A stretch of 64,000 nucleotides of DNA from Eledone cirrhosa. Taxonomy: Eukaryota. The translations under genes were made by a program, and so were the position numbers. The notes below the pieces were generated by a model. The model had not been told where the DNA came from, made no database searches, and saw nothing but the letters and a program-made list of their open reading frames with translations. Location: positions 73,408,001-73,472,000 of the forward strand of contig OZ024746.1 in NCBI GenBank assembly GCA_964016885.1. The letters run 5' to 3'. Position 1 is the first letter of the stretch. Every line of letters starts with the position of its first letter. Positions 1-13,891 of this stretch are shown here, in pieces.

Positions 1-334
1 TGAAGCTATGTAAAATATAACTACTTTGCTGGGTAGAGCATATATTCTTCACTTCAACGCATTCACATATTCACCCCACCCACCCCTCACACACACACAT
101 ACACACACCACGGATAAAGCGTCTTGATCAAGGCCACCACTCGTCGTCCGATTTGGGAACCGAACTCACGACCTTGCAATTGTGACCTTAACCATATTCA
201 TATATACCTGCATGCATACCTACCAACCTACATACATACATGCATACACACACACGCTCTCTCTCTCACACACACACACATATATGTGTTTATATATATA
301 TATATACACACACACATGTGTATATATATATATA

Positions 335-533
335 AACCACAGACCCTCCATCTCAACTCACCTTTTGAAAAGCAGAAGAACTGCGAAACCGGTAAAGGAA
401 CCAAATAAATATATATATATTTTTTTTTTTAAATAAGACTTCAGTTGCATTTTCGATTTCATCTCTTTTTCTTTATACTTCCACTCGTGTAGGACACCTC
501 GGTTATTTTTCATTTTGTAAAAAAAACCCTCAC

Positions 534-540
<7 letters not shown>
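335..540 (+). mobile_element. Solo PLE pseudo-LTR-like fragment (family also at 14875-15340)
   Basis: Close match to 15023-15145 and 15305-15340; (TA)n on both sides; holds hammerhead-like motif and AATAAA. Confidence 0.65.
361..398 (+). ncRNA. Minimal hammerhead ribozyme motif, U3-A8 variant
   Basis: CCUU-UUGAAAA-GCAG-aagaa-CUGC-GAAA-CCGG-UA-AAGG: stems I and II and palindromic stem III visible. Confidence 0.6.
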
Positions 541-611
<71 letters not shown>

Positions 612-642
612 GTAGATATATACACACATACACGCGCGCACG

Positions 643-718
<76 letters not shown>

Positions 719-1207
719 GTAATAATAATAAATTTGAAGACTAAAATCCAAAGAGGGCTCGATAAGGATAAATATATATCAAATATATAAGAACCGTAGA
801 GCAAATATTTATTAAATAACAGGTTAAAGTTTAAGCAAAGAATTGCTGCTTTCACCCTTAACGGGATCTTCTGAAACTAACAAAGTCAATCTGTAAACGC
901 AGAAGTGGATATTTCAAAAAACGTTGCAACCGGAGGAAGACAGGAAGACGATACTTTGGTTCGTGAAAACGTTCCCTGGCAAAGAACGGGAAAAAACGAA
1001 TATAATACGTCCTTAATAGGAGCGGTGAAAAACAATTACACGCAAAGACAGAACCACGTTTATGGTATAAAAGAAGTCTGCTCTATGGTTCTTATATATT
1101 TGATATATATTTATCCTTATCGAGCCCTCTTTGGATTTTAGTCTTCAAATTTATTATTATTACTATTTGGCTCCTTCGGTTGAGCACTCTATTGACTTAT
1201 ATTCATC

Positions 1208-3420
1208 ATGCAGAAACAACATCTGAATATTTCTACAAAGAACATACCCGTACCAAGCAGGAAAACATACCTAAAACTTCTGATACAGAAAACAGGCGCG
1301 TTCATTAAAAGGTTGCGTTGGCGTGCCTTTTATTTCGATAATCCGCGAAAAGCTGACAACAAACAGGATAAATTTGGGTTTAAAACCTATAATAACCCTC
1401 CGTGTAACCCAGCATTGCTACCCTTTGAAAATGATTTCTTGGAACTCATACGGAGTATGAAATTTCGGAATAGGAGCAATTCCTTCCAGCAGGACCTGAA
1501 GAATAGAATTCGTTCTATTAAGGATTCTAATGCCGTGCACGTCCATTCCGACAAAACTGGCAATCTATATCAAGTGGAGAGCAGTACTTACCATCAACTA
1601 CTACATAATGCTGTAACTAAGGATTACCGTAAAACTAATCGGTACGTCATCAATGAAATCAACGATGCTGGGTTTAAAATCACCTCTGATCTCAACATCC
1701 TAGACCGGACCGAACCTCTGGACCCTATTTCTCCCCACTTTACCCTGAAGGATCACAAATCCAATTTTCCGAACAACCCCTCTATTAGGCTTATTAACCC
1801 TACGAAGTCCGATTTAGGTAGACTTAGTAAAAGGATTCTTGATAGAATTATACCTGAAATTAGAAGTTTGGCCCCTCTTGCACTGTGGAACAATTCTTTC
1901 GCGGTGATTGATTGGTTCAACGGCATATGTAACAAGGAACATTGCCGTTTTATCCAATTCGACATCAATAATTACTACTCCTCCATCACTTTACCACTTC
2001 TCCTTAGAGCTATCAATTTCGCTAAAACACTCACAGTGGTTAAGGATTTCGAAGTTGATGTCATCCTCAATGCCCGTAAGTGAGTGATTAATTTCGACGA
2101 CCCTATTTGGATTAAAAAATCCAATAGTACCCCCATTCGACGTGAGTATGGGCGCCAGCGATTCTGCGGAGGTTACTGATCTTATCGGCCTTTTCCTTCT
2201 TTTCTCTATCAAGGACGAATTCCCCAACGCGGACGGTAGTTTGTACCGTGATGATGGTCTTTTGACCATGACTAAGTGCGGCCCTCGTGCTTGCGACAGG
2301 TTCACAAAAGAACTCACAGCCTTATTTAAAGGCTTCAACCTCTCTATACAGGTTGAGGCCAACCTCTCGGTCATTAATTACCTCGACGTTACCCTCAATT
2401 TATCGAATGGCTTCTATTACCCGTATAGAAAGCCGAATGATACGCTTTATTACGTAAGTAAGCATTCCAACCATCCTGCCAGCATAACGAAGAACCTGGT
2501 AAAAAAACGTTTCGTTGAGGCTTTCCCGTCTATCTACTAACGAGCATATTTTCAACGACCATTCCACTTATTACAATGAAGCTCTTGCTCGGAGTGGATT
2601 TGTCGATAAGGTAGCATATACAGAGTACGAGAATAGACCTAGAAGATATAGATCCCGTCGCATTATGAGTTCAAATACCGCCGAGGTTGACTTTGCCTTT
2701 CATCCTTACGGGGTCGATAAAATAAAGTACCAGTAATGCACTGGGTAATTTGCTGGCCTTGTGCCTAAAGTAGAAACAATTATATGGTATAACCCACCAT
2801 ATAATATGGAGGTGGCCACACCATTAGCTAAAATCTTTCTATCCCTTATTACGAAGCATTTTCCCCCTACACATAAATATAGTAAAATTTTTAATAGAAA
2901 TACTATTAAAATTTCTTACTCTACGACTCCTAACCTTGCACATAACATCACAGCTTCAAATTTAGCTAAACTACTTAGCCGTAGGAACACGTGCAACCCT
3001 GTGGTTAGTACTAACTGTAATTGTAGGAATCGGGTTGATTGCCCCCTATCCGGGAAATGCCTCTCTAGTAACATTGTCTACAAATGTAAGGTTGAAACAC
3101 CCACGTCCCGTAGGGCCTACATAGGGTTAACCGCCAATAGATTCAAGCAGCGTCTTTACATGCATACCCATTCTTTTCGTTAAGAAGGAATATGACGTCA
3201 CTTTCAGCTTATATCTGGAGTCTAAAAGACAACCACACCCAATATAAGTTACACTGGGAGATCCTAGCTAGGGCTAGATCGTATAACGGAAATAAAAGAC
3301 CATGTGACCCCTGCGCCGCTGAGGCCCGGGAAATACTCTACGCCACAGACCACATCTTAAACAAAAAATCTGAGGCAATTTTCGGCTTGGAAACATAAAT
3401 TGCACAAAACTTTCCTGTAT
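1208..3420 (+). pseudogene. Disrupted PLE ORF: RT (QFDINNYYSSI, MGASDSAEVTDLIG, LYRDDGL, NYLDVTLNL, SNHP) + CxCx5C linker + GIY-YIG (VYKC...AYIGLT, LSAYIW, CDPC..E)
   Basis: ORFs 1208-2083, 2142-2540, 2515-2736, 2761-3183 and 3192-3398 join into one protein; stops at 2081 and 3181, about three frameshifts, SINE insertion at 2667-2783. Confidence 0.92.
2667..2783 (+). mobile_element. 5'-truncated Deu/Nin-domain SINE inserted in the PLE ORF
   Basis: gcctttcatccttacggggtcgataaaataaagtaccag core; ATTAT duplicated at 2662-2666 and 2779-2783; removal restores RSRRIIWYNPPY. Confidence 0.9.
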
Positions 3421-4465
3421 TACAGCCCCACATTATACCCTAACGGATAGTACGATCTGTACGTGGATATTTTACGTCTTGATGTGGTAGCTAAGTATAT
3501 GTTATGTTTATACCATTACTTATTTTCATAGCTAAGTATATATTACCTGTATGTTTTGTGAAGGTACGTATACTTTCTCGTACGTATATTTGATTGTATA
3601 TGTTATGGCGTATATTTTTATATATTCTGGTACATATGCTTTTGGTTATGTGTATACGGGAGTTTTGCGTCTGTGTGAGTATGCGGGTTCGTACGTATGT
3701 TGGGTGTGTGTATATGTGTAATTCATGTTTTGGTTGACGTACGTCTCCGAACTTTTGTGTATTTACATGTAGGTATGTGTGTGCGCTTGTTATATACGTA
3801 TTTATTTATTTATATAAGTTTATTTAATTACTTATTTATTTGTATACACGCACACACACACACATATTTATATGTGCGTGGTTTTGTATACCTATGGCGA
3901 GTGTTTTCGCGTATGCTTGTGTATGTACGTATTTGGATGCGTGTATGTATTTATTTAATTTCAATTACCTCTGTATTGTATTTGATTTACTTTATTCTTA
4001 ACTCTGAAGCGGGAAATCATTCGGTTTCCTAGTTAGAACTTTAGTCTACGACTTCAGCTATACCATTTACGTGGTTTTGTCTTTGCGTGCAATTGTTCTC
4101 CACGCTCCACATATGACGTATTATCTTCGTTTTTTCCGTTCATTGCCAGAGAACGTCTCTATGAACCACCTAAGAGAACATTAGTCTACGACTTCTTTTA
4201 TACCATAAACGTGGTCCTGTCTTTGCGTGTAATTGTTTTTCACCGCTCCTATTAATGACGTATTATATTCGTTTTTTCCCGTTCTTTGCCAGGGAACGTT
4301 TCTACGAACCAAAGTATCGTCTTCTTGTCTTCCTCCGGTTGCAACGTTTTTTGAAATATCCACTTCTGCGTTTACAGATTGACTTTGTTAGTTTCAGAAG
4401 ATCCCGTTAAGGGTGAAAGCAGCGATTCTTTGCTTAAACTTTAATCTGTTATTTAATAAATATAT

Positions 4466-4587
<122 letters not shown>

Positions 4588-4599
4588 ATATATATACAC

Positions 4600-4643
<44 letters not shown>

Positions 4644-4742
4644 GAGGTAAATATCTCACTGAGTACTAAGTACACATAGAGATATATAGGGTGGCTATAA
4701 TATAATTGTTGTTCTATGGTACTAATTAGAGATACCAGAACT

Positions 4743-4888
4743 ATAAAAATTGATGAGCAGAACAAACAAACATTAAACAATCCTTTAAATAAATTAAAAA
4801 ATAATATGAACAGGTAGATATTTAAATTATTTTTTAATTTATTTAAAGGATTGTTTAATGTTTGTTTGTTCTGCTCATCAATTTTTAT
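4743..4888. repeat. Fold-back inverted repeat (~63-bp arms, ~20-bp spacer)
   Basis: 4743-4805 reverse-complements 4826-4888. Confidence 0.85.
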
Positions 4889-4899
4889 ATATATCTATC

Positions 4900-5301
<402 letters not shown>

Positions 5302-6266
5302 GTGATTCGGAAAGTTCAATGCATCCATTTAGATTCTGACTAGAAATAGAAAATGGAACATTGTTTTAAGAATGTAGGTAATGCGTGATAACGTTATAGT
5401 GGGAGTTGATAATAAGGTACTGTTGCTGGAAATGAATGGGTCTGTGGGTTGTGTGTGCTTAGATTGTAGGAGGTAGTTTATTAGATGGAAATAGTGGGTG
5501 GGTGTTTTGTTATATGACGATGGTGTGAGAGGTGTGGGGAATGAACACCTGGAGATATGGACGAAACGGGACATAAAGCATTCATGGGAATATATATGAT
5601 TAGTAAGAGATAATTGATAAAACGTATGTATATACTCTCAGGGCAAATGCTTTCTTCTATTCTTGGATGTGTGAGGGTATTGGTGCAGTAATTGGTTTGA
5701 TTACTAGCGTGTGGGTACGTTCAGGACACGCAGATGTTTGGTTACGGAGATGAAAACAGATAGATGGATAGATATAGAAACAAAAAGGCAGACATTGAAG
5801 CGTAGAGAGATGGTTATTAGGATAGAAGCAGAGAAAGCGATAAGTGATAATGCGCTAAGTGTTAATGCAGAAAAATTCAATTACGACTGCTAAATGTCAG
5901 GGTAATCAATTTATCTTCTGTTAATTTGTATTCAAAGACAGGGGTGTGAATATTGGTTTGTGTGTATATATATGTGTGAGTTATTGTGTGGGAACACATG
6001 TGCGAGAGAAGGTAATATGTTATTGGGTGCATGCGTTTAGGTGCATTAGTGTGTGTGGATACGATTGTCTCTTAATGGGCGTATGCGTAGGTCGGAGTTG
6101 TTTAATGGAATGGTATATCTGTCGGTATCGATTTAGGTAATATATATATATATTAGCTTGGTTGTACCCTGAGCTGATCTATATCAAAGCAATTGTAGTA
6201 TGCAAATAAAGTTTGTACATATGTTGCAACACTGACTTCGACTCTTTTGAATAAATAAATAAATAA

Positions 6267-6355
<89 letters not shown>

Positions 6356-7348
6356 TATTAATGTATTGGAAAAACAAACACTAGGCGTGAAGTATAGAAA
6401 AGAAGTGAAGAATTTTATGAAAACTTTATTCTTTAACACGCACACACGCACACACGCACACACGCACACATATATATATATATATATGTTATATATTATA
6501 TTCAAAGTTATAGATGTCATGTTTGAGATAATCTCGAACATGTGTCTTGTCTCAAAAATAAGCTCAAAAAATAAATCCGGGAAGTTAGTCATTACAAAAT
6601 AGTTAATTACATATATATGGACATAAATATCTAATGAGATAAATGTACAACAGAACATAAAACTTTAACAAGACACAATCTGTATAGAATGGAAGAATAC
6701 ATAGTTCGTTACAGTATCATATTAAAATTTAACAAAAATTAAAATATAGATACCTGATAAAAACCATATATATTTCCCTCATATGTATCCTTCACAAATA
6801 CTGAATACATTTCACCAAACATCGATACAGTTAGATAATCAATCTAGATCTCAGTGAGGGAATCGATCTATCTAAACTTACACCCGTTAACATACAGAAC
6901 TGAAGACGACTAGAGAAGCACATGGTATTCTCAAAAAACCAACGCACGCGGTCATCGTCTGCAATGACATGAAAGGGTTCACGCCAACTAGAAATAGCAG
7001 TCTAACGTCTCAACATATTAACAGTTCAACCAAGGAGATATAGTAAGATATAGATACAGAAGTGATACACTACTTTCCGATTAAAACTATCTATGGAGTT
7101 AAAATTATAAGATAAAAGTGAGAGTAAAAGGAAAATTCCTGACGTTTTATGTATGCATGTGTTTAGGTTTATATGCATGTATATATCTATCAACACACAT
7201 ACGTGTGTGTATGTGTGTATTAAAAATTAGTGTTCGTTAAATGCAGAAGTCTGAGAGGGAACAAAGATACGAATTTTACAAGATAGTTTAACTTAGACGT
7301 AGGGTATAAAAGTTATATGAAACTAATATTCAAGGTGTTAGTAAATAC

Positions 7349-7621
7349 TTACACAAAGATGTCAATAGATATATTTAATCGGGGTTTTATAAAAAAAAGA
7401 AAGTGAAATGTTCTATGTGGACAAAAAAGGATTATCTCATTTCTAAAATTGAGAAGGATAATTTTAGAAGTAATTATTTCAAACGCTTCCGTCAGACAAA
7501 GATTACATCTCGTTCTACTCGCTTCTGGGGAATTAATAAAATGCCGCTGAAGAGAGTATCGTATGTTGTTAGATTTTAGACGCCAGGAATAATTTAACAT
7601 AATTTTAAAGGAATGAAACAT
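7349..7621 (-). mobile_element. Decayed PLE GIY-YIG C-terminal fragment
   Basis: LNYSWRLK...RCNLCLTE...LLNFRNEI..CPH aligns by eye with the 3192-3398 peptide. Confidence 0.75.
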
Positions 7622-8024
7622 TTCTGTAAAAGTGTAAAAGTCACTTCTATATGAAATAAATGTAATGAGTACTTTAACTGTGGATTCCCTCGGAAAACTA
7701 TTTTTAATTTCCTACATGCATTCCTACATACATACAGAATTTATGTATCTAGATAGATAGAGAGGTGGGTCCAAGAGAGGGTGGGACAATAAAATTGAGA
7801 GAGAACGCTGATTTCTGATATGAATTAAAATATTTTAACATATTAAGAACATTTTCCTCACTACGTATTTTATCTTACATTATTTGTGTTACATGTATTC
7901 TTAATAGAAACAGTTTGGAACGTTTTTGGCAGGTTGTTGCACTCGCATAACTGGGAGAGAGTCTGAGCAGTTATTATCATATAGAATTGAAAATCGTCTA
8001 AAATTTGGGGCCAGTAGCGTATGC

Positions 8025-8295
8025 CTTCTTCTTCTTCTTCTTCTTCTTCTTCTTCTTCTTCTTCTTCTTCTTCTTCTTCCTGAGAGGGTCGTGGAGGCAG
8101 AGTCCTCAAACATTCCTTTCAGCGGGTCTTGTCAGAAGCAACCGTCTCCAACTGATCCGGCTGGATCCCAAAGCGTGACCAGCCAAGCTCATGGATGTTA
8201 TCCAGCCATCTTTTTCGGAGTCTACCTCTGGGTCACTTGCCGGTTGATTTTGCCCATAAAATCTGCCCAGCGATTCTTTCCTGAAACATTCAAGT
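8025..8295 (-). mobile_element. LINE 3' end with (GAA)n tail
   Basis: Similar to 25440-25640; (CTT)n at 8025-8078 is the tail on the minus strand. Confidence 0.7.
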
Positions 8296-9994
8296 CTTTC
8301 ATATTTATCTTATATTATATACATGTTTACATATTTACAGCCGACACTCACAATCGAGTATGACTTGGTCGTATATACCATGCTTTCGTTAAAGACTAAA
8401 TAAAGATGTCCACTCTGACGCGAACAGACATAGATGCTTTCCCAACCATCCTTCACGTGGTCCAGCGGAGCGCCCGTGATGTGATAACTAGAAGGTTAGA
8501 CGGTTTCACCAGCACATGGCTGGTATATTTTTTACCGACCCTGAAGCGATGAAAGAGAAAGTGGAAGTAGAGAGCAAAAACAAATAAATATCGAACGTTC
8601 TAACAACTCTGCCAAAATCAGCAATCTTTACATACTTACATATGCCTCTCTAAATATCAGTACACATACACACAAAACTTAATTTACACAATAGAAAATG
8701 CATCTTTTCAGAATTTTATAGAAGAATATGCATTATGTAAAAAGTTAATTGAATTCAAATCTGTGTGTGGACGATAAAATTTCGTTAGGCTTTATAAATT
8801 ACCTGATTAAAAGGTGTTTGTGTAGTGTATTTTAACTACAATTCCTAGTAAATTGAGTGACCACATCGAGGATTCATAGAAATTAATTTTCTAGCCCCTT
8901 CAAACTGTTTTATGTTTTTCTTCAATGTGGTTTTCGGATTTTCTTTTTTATTTTTTAACATATGAAATTCAGAATCTATAAAAACAAATAGTTCCATAAA
9001 AAAATTAATTAATTTTCTTAAATCAGAAATTGATTATGGTTAGAAGAGAATTTACAGCTGCTGTAGTCTTTTATATATAAAATTTCTTTTACATTTGAAG
9101 TGTATAAATACACTTTTAATTTACATTTCAAGGAGGAGAGAAAGAGAGAGGGGGGAGAGGGCGAATAAACTATCTCAATGGCTTCATCAGAGGATATTTT
9201 GCAGTGCCTCTAAGCCTGCTGGAGAGGATTAAGTTTATAGTTTGTTCTGCGAATAATACTGTTTAAACATGCATTAATGTTACCTTGTCTTCTGTTGGTT
9301 AAACATATTGCTAAATATTCTCGTAAAAACATATTGCTAAATATTATCAAAAAAAATTGTTTTTGACTGGATCAACTTACATTACTGTTTCTAATTTTGT
9401 CGACTCTGTTGACAAGTTTTGAAATCATATTTACCATTTCTATGGCTTAAGCCACCATCTCCATTAAAAAATTTATACCACTTCTATAAAATCTCAACTA
9501 TTGAGGTATATGTTATGAGATGCTTTATTAAAAAATATTTTGTATGCCTAACTTGTTTCTTATAATATTTACACAAAGCTACGCGCCAGCGGCTAATTAT
9601 CACTTCGAAATTCTCTAAGAATTATTTTTAAAACAACACTTTAACACTTTTTATGCTACTGTGAAATTCAAATAATAATTTCATATATCCTGAAAGAAAA
9701 TTTTATTTTTTACACTTTCATCCCTGACAATTTGAAATATATGTACGTGACAACATTTCAAATACGAGATGTGTTTACGTAGGTTGCTGATGCTAATAGC
9801 TGTTCTGGCAGCCATACTTGCACGCATTTCGGCAATACTGGTGGCGAGGGCAGTGGTTGTGTTGGGGTTGCTTTAGTTGTAGTTATTGTTGACGCTAGTC
9901 ACATTGGTGTTGTTGCTACTGTCATATTTAGACGTATCAGTGGAGGTAATGTTTGCATTGCTACTAATATTTTTTCCTTCGAATTTGTAATAAT

Positions 9995-10200
9995 GGTTTC
10001 TTATTTAGACACAATACCAGAAACTTGGGAGAACGAAACAAACTGATTATATCGACCCTAGAATTTGACGAGTACTTTATTTTATCGACCCCGAAAGGAT
10101 AAAAGGTAAAGTTAACTTTGGCGGGATTTGAACACAGAACGTAAAGAGTTGAAACAAATGCTGCAAGGAATGTTGTCCGACTTTCTAATAATTCTGCCAG
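9995..10200 (-). mobile_element. Deu/Nin-domain tRNA-SINE (diverged)
   Basis: gtactttattttatcgaccccgaaagg...ggcgggatttgaac. Confidence 0.75.
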
Positions 10201-10384
10201 TAATAATTGTTATCATTGAATGATTTTCGAAATAAATATACTAGCCTCGAATAAATTCTTAGGCAAATGGCTTAATGACATCTTAGGAGATTTGATTGCA
10301 CGTAAGGTGTTTGGTCAACATTTGTTAGAATATTTCTTTGTTTCAACAGATGAGTCAGAGAGAGAAGTAATGGGGTGAACGTGA

Positions 10385-10415
<31 letters not shown>

Positions 10416-11073
10416 GAAACACGGCGAAAATTCTTTCAAAAGGAGATTTTTTTGTTTTACATTACTATGACAATTACTAAAGTAAAGAGAGAGAGGAAAA
10501 GAGAAATGAAAAGAAAGAAAAGAGAAAGCAAGAGACAAAAATAAGAAAAGAAATATCTCAAAATCGAGAAAGAAAAGGAGAGAGAGAGAAAGAAATAAAA
10601 AGAATACATTATTTTGACCAGAAATACAATGCTGAGTTTAATAATAGTTTCGGTTTATCTTCTTTGATTGACCACCATGAGGCAATAATTGTCCTTCCTT
10701 TCACGCCTATGGACTGTATTATGAAGTTGAATGAAGCCTATTGAAAGCACTCTCTATTACTATTTATTCAGCTTCAACAAGTATCATCCATATTAAGTAA
10801 TGGATAAATTGGGTTGTAAGGTATATTCTTATAGCTCAAAATATTTCACACTAATCTTAATGCTTCTAATACATCAAAGAAACTCTCAATGCCTGTATCG
10901 AACTGGTACAAATTTCTTAACGTCTTTACATTTACTGGAACCATATAAATTTAATTTGTTGGTAAATTATTTTGCACCAAATGTTTTGTGTGTGCGTGTG
11001 TGTCTTTTTTTTACATATGAGCATGGGAATCTAACGATAAGATTATTTTTACTTCGATGAAAGTGTGTGTATA

Positions 11074-11122
<49 letters not shown>

Positions 11123-11294
11123 AGAAATGCCTGAAGGTAGCCTAATGCAGGATAAAGTTTCAATTAACTGAGACTATCCAAGCAATTCCAAGAACAAAAT
11201 CTCCTTTATTGGTCTTCAGATCACGAGAAACAAGCGAGAACGCCTGAACTGAAACAAATTTTTTAAACAATTTTAGAAAATGAAGTGGGAATTA

Positions 11295-11329
<35 letters not shown>

Positions 11330-12589
11330 CGCACACACACACACACGCACACACACACACATATATATATATATATAAATGTGTGTGTGGGGGGGGGAGG
11401 CATATGTATGCGTGGTCTCCCATATATTCTGCTTGAAATTTTCGTCTAAAATATAATTGTTACATAAAACCTATTAATAAGACAGTTTTTTTTACTAGAA
11501 GGCTGAGTGTTCACAGAATTTATTATAATATCCTATCGTTAAAACTATTTTCTAACATTTCGAAGAAGAATATACTGAGAAACATCGAAACGCTTATGTC
11601 CCTGATGCTTCTATTGATTAATTGCTTACAGTCACATCATATTCGTCTAGAATTTCTAGAAAAAAGTAGTATCTAACCAATAAACTGCTTACATTCGAGC
11701 TCTTACACTTGGAATAAGGCAACTGTTATTCCGAAGTGATAGTCTTTCCTTCCTTACAACTATTCAAGGAGAGCGTTCACCACGTCAATCTCCCGAATCT
11801 CAGAAGGTAGTGAAAGCTAAGGGCACAACCTTTTATTCCAAACTAAATAAAATTAATTTTAAAAGTTGTTGTTGCAGCTGCTGTTGTTGTAGTAATTTAA
11901 CCCCAGGTCAGCTCTAGGTTTCTAACCGAAGAGCCAATAGTCGTGACTATCCCTTCTTTCTTTTTAAAATCTCTGACTAGTGGTGAGAAACTCCCAGGGG
12001 AGCTGGACAGTAGAAAATCTTCAGGAAAGAAACGTCCTCGAGCAAATTTTTAACACAGTGAAATATGATTTTATGGAAATTTAGCTGCTCTTTCTGGCAT
12101 ATCGTATGACCATAAAAACTCCCTTATTAGCTCCTCGTGAATGGTTGTTGTCCTAGCTAATTGATGTTTTCTTTTCATAGTCTGCCCCCTCTTCTCTATC
12201 ACCGAGCAGGCATGGAAATTGTTTCAATAATTTACAAGTTCAACATTTCCGAACTGCCACTACAAATATCAACATTGCGATGATTTCTTAAAACAGCATA
12301 GTAAACTATACTATGTGTTGTTCAACATGAGAACAGCTCTGATCGAGTATATATTTGATGATAGCTATTGCAGCTTGCTAAGTCATAATGTATCTAGAAA
12401 TTCATTATTCAATTTTAACTTTCTTTTTTAAAAAGCGGTAGGGTGTGATTTGAGAGAGATTTGGCTGTTTTTTCTAGCAGGTTGAACGAAAATATATTCT
12501 TGTCTACATTTTCATCAGTAAAATTTTAAATCTCTTTCGCTATTTGGAAATTTATCTCAAGCAATTTTAAACCAATCGTTGGAAAATTG

Positions 12590-13350
12590 CCTTAATAGCG
12601 TGAGTTTCAGATGTAATTTATTAATCTGAGATTCAGCAGCTTCTTAATGTAGATATAATTGGACAGTGTCAGTTTCTATGGTAAGAACAAGTGCTGGTAA
12701 TAAAAGAAGAAAAGCACAAGAGAATCGTGATTGATTATAGTGAAACAATAAGGGTTTTATAATGAATTGGACGCTTACCCATTAGGAAAAATTGATGAGA
12801 TAATATTGGATATTACTCAGAATGAAGTATAAAATATATTAGATATCCGGATTGCTTATCACCAAGTAACAATTAAAGTGTCAAAATGACCTTACACTAC
12901 ATTTGAAGCATGTAATCCACTTTAACAGTTTAACCGTATAACATTTGGAGTAATCAATGGGGCTGCATTCTTTGAACCTGTAATGGATGAGATTATACGA
13001 AAGAAAGCTATAAAAGGAGTCTTCACTCATCTAGATAACATAACAATTGCCGCTGTAAGTCAATTATGTTATGATAATAAGTAACAGCAATTTCTTCAGA
13101 TTGTAACATTATATAACGTTTACTTTAATGAAGACAAAAGTATTTTCTCAATGGAGGAATTACATTTAATCGGCTTTATAACTTTACAAGGTTACATTAA
13201 ATCCAGGGGAAAACTATTGATAAATTTGACTCTTTTCAGTAGCAAAAGACAGCTAAGAAGAATGATTGTCATGTTTTCATATTACTTTCACCGAACTACA
13301 AGACTATAAGAAAGTATATCACATTTGGTCAAAAATAGGATCTTGTTATT
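12590..13350 (+). mobile_element. Decayed Ty3/Gypsy reverse transcriptase
   Basis: Frame-broken motifs DYSETI, LDAYPL..IDEI, AYHQV, FNRITFGV.N, HLDNITI. Confidence 0.75.
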
Positions 13351-13891
13351 GAAATGTTAAAATACATTTCTAAGATAATTAATAATTTATCACTATTCAC
13401 AGTTAATACTTGGTCTGTGTAAATTAGTATATATGATTATTTAATAACAGCTTCTCTTTGTTAATATATTTTGTAACATTTCTTATGAGACAAGGATACA
13501 ATCTACAAATAAATTGTCTTAATTAAACAAATAAAGAACAGTTGCCATTTCATTACTCGTTAGAAATTCAAATTAATCATTAACTAATGACATATTTCAT
13601 ATCTGTTTCATAAAGGACATTAATTATTCAAAACAGAAACTAACATTTCGATGGAGACTGCAAATTTTTACACACTTTAAATACTAAATTTTCTTCTCTC
13701 CTTGTGACAAACGTCATAATATATAATACAGTGATTTAAATGTGTTTCTAAAATATCACTAATGATACAAATATGCCTGTATGGTTAACACATTCTCTTC
13801 GCAACCAATTGGATTCCTCTTTGATTCGGTCTTTTGGCACTTTACGTATGTGTCTTCCAACACAGCCTCGATTTGAACATGTGTATATATA

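Larger units (their letters stand above)
716..4460 (+). mobile_element. Penelope-like retroelement (PLE), near full length, with inverted 5' pseudo-LTR, between (TA)n tracts
   Basis: 716-803 is the reverse complement of 1079-1166; 804-1078 is the reverse complement of ~4185-4460; partial tandem pLTR copy ~4040-4165; (TA)n on both sides; RT and GIY-YIG coding inside. Confidence 0.9.

Noticed and set aside
124-855. ORFs rich in YI, CV or HT dipeptides here and throughout
   Set aside because: Translations of (TA)n, (TG)n and (CA)n microsatellites.
905-1141. Duplicated ORF MDISKNVATGG (also 4181-4363)
   Set aside because: Antisense reading of the PLE pseudo-LTR; duplication is explained by the inverted pLTR.
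2081-2083. In-frame TGA in the PLE ORF as possible selenocysteine
   Set aside because: The ORF also has frameshifts and a TAA; no SECIS recognised; simple decay is more likely.
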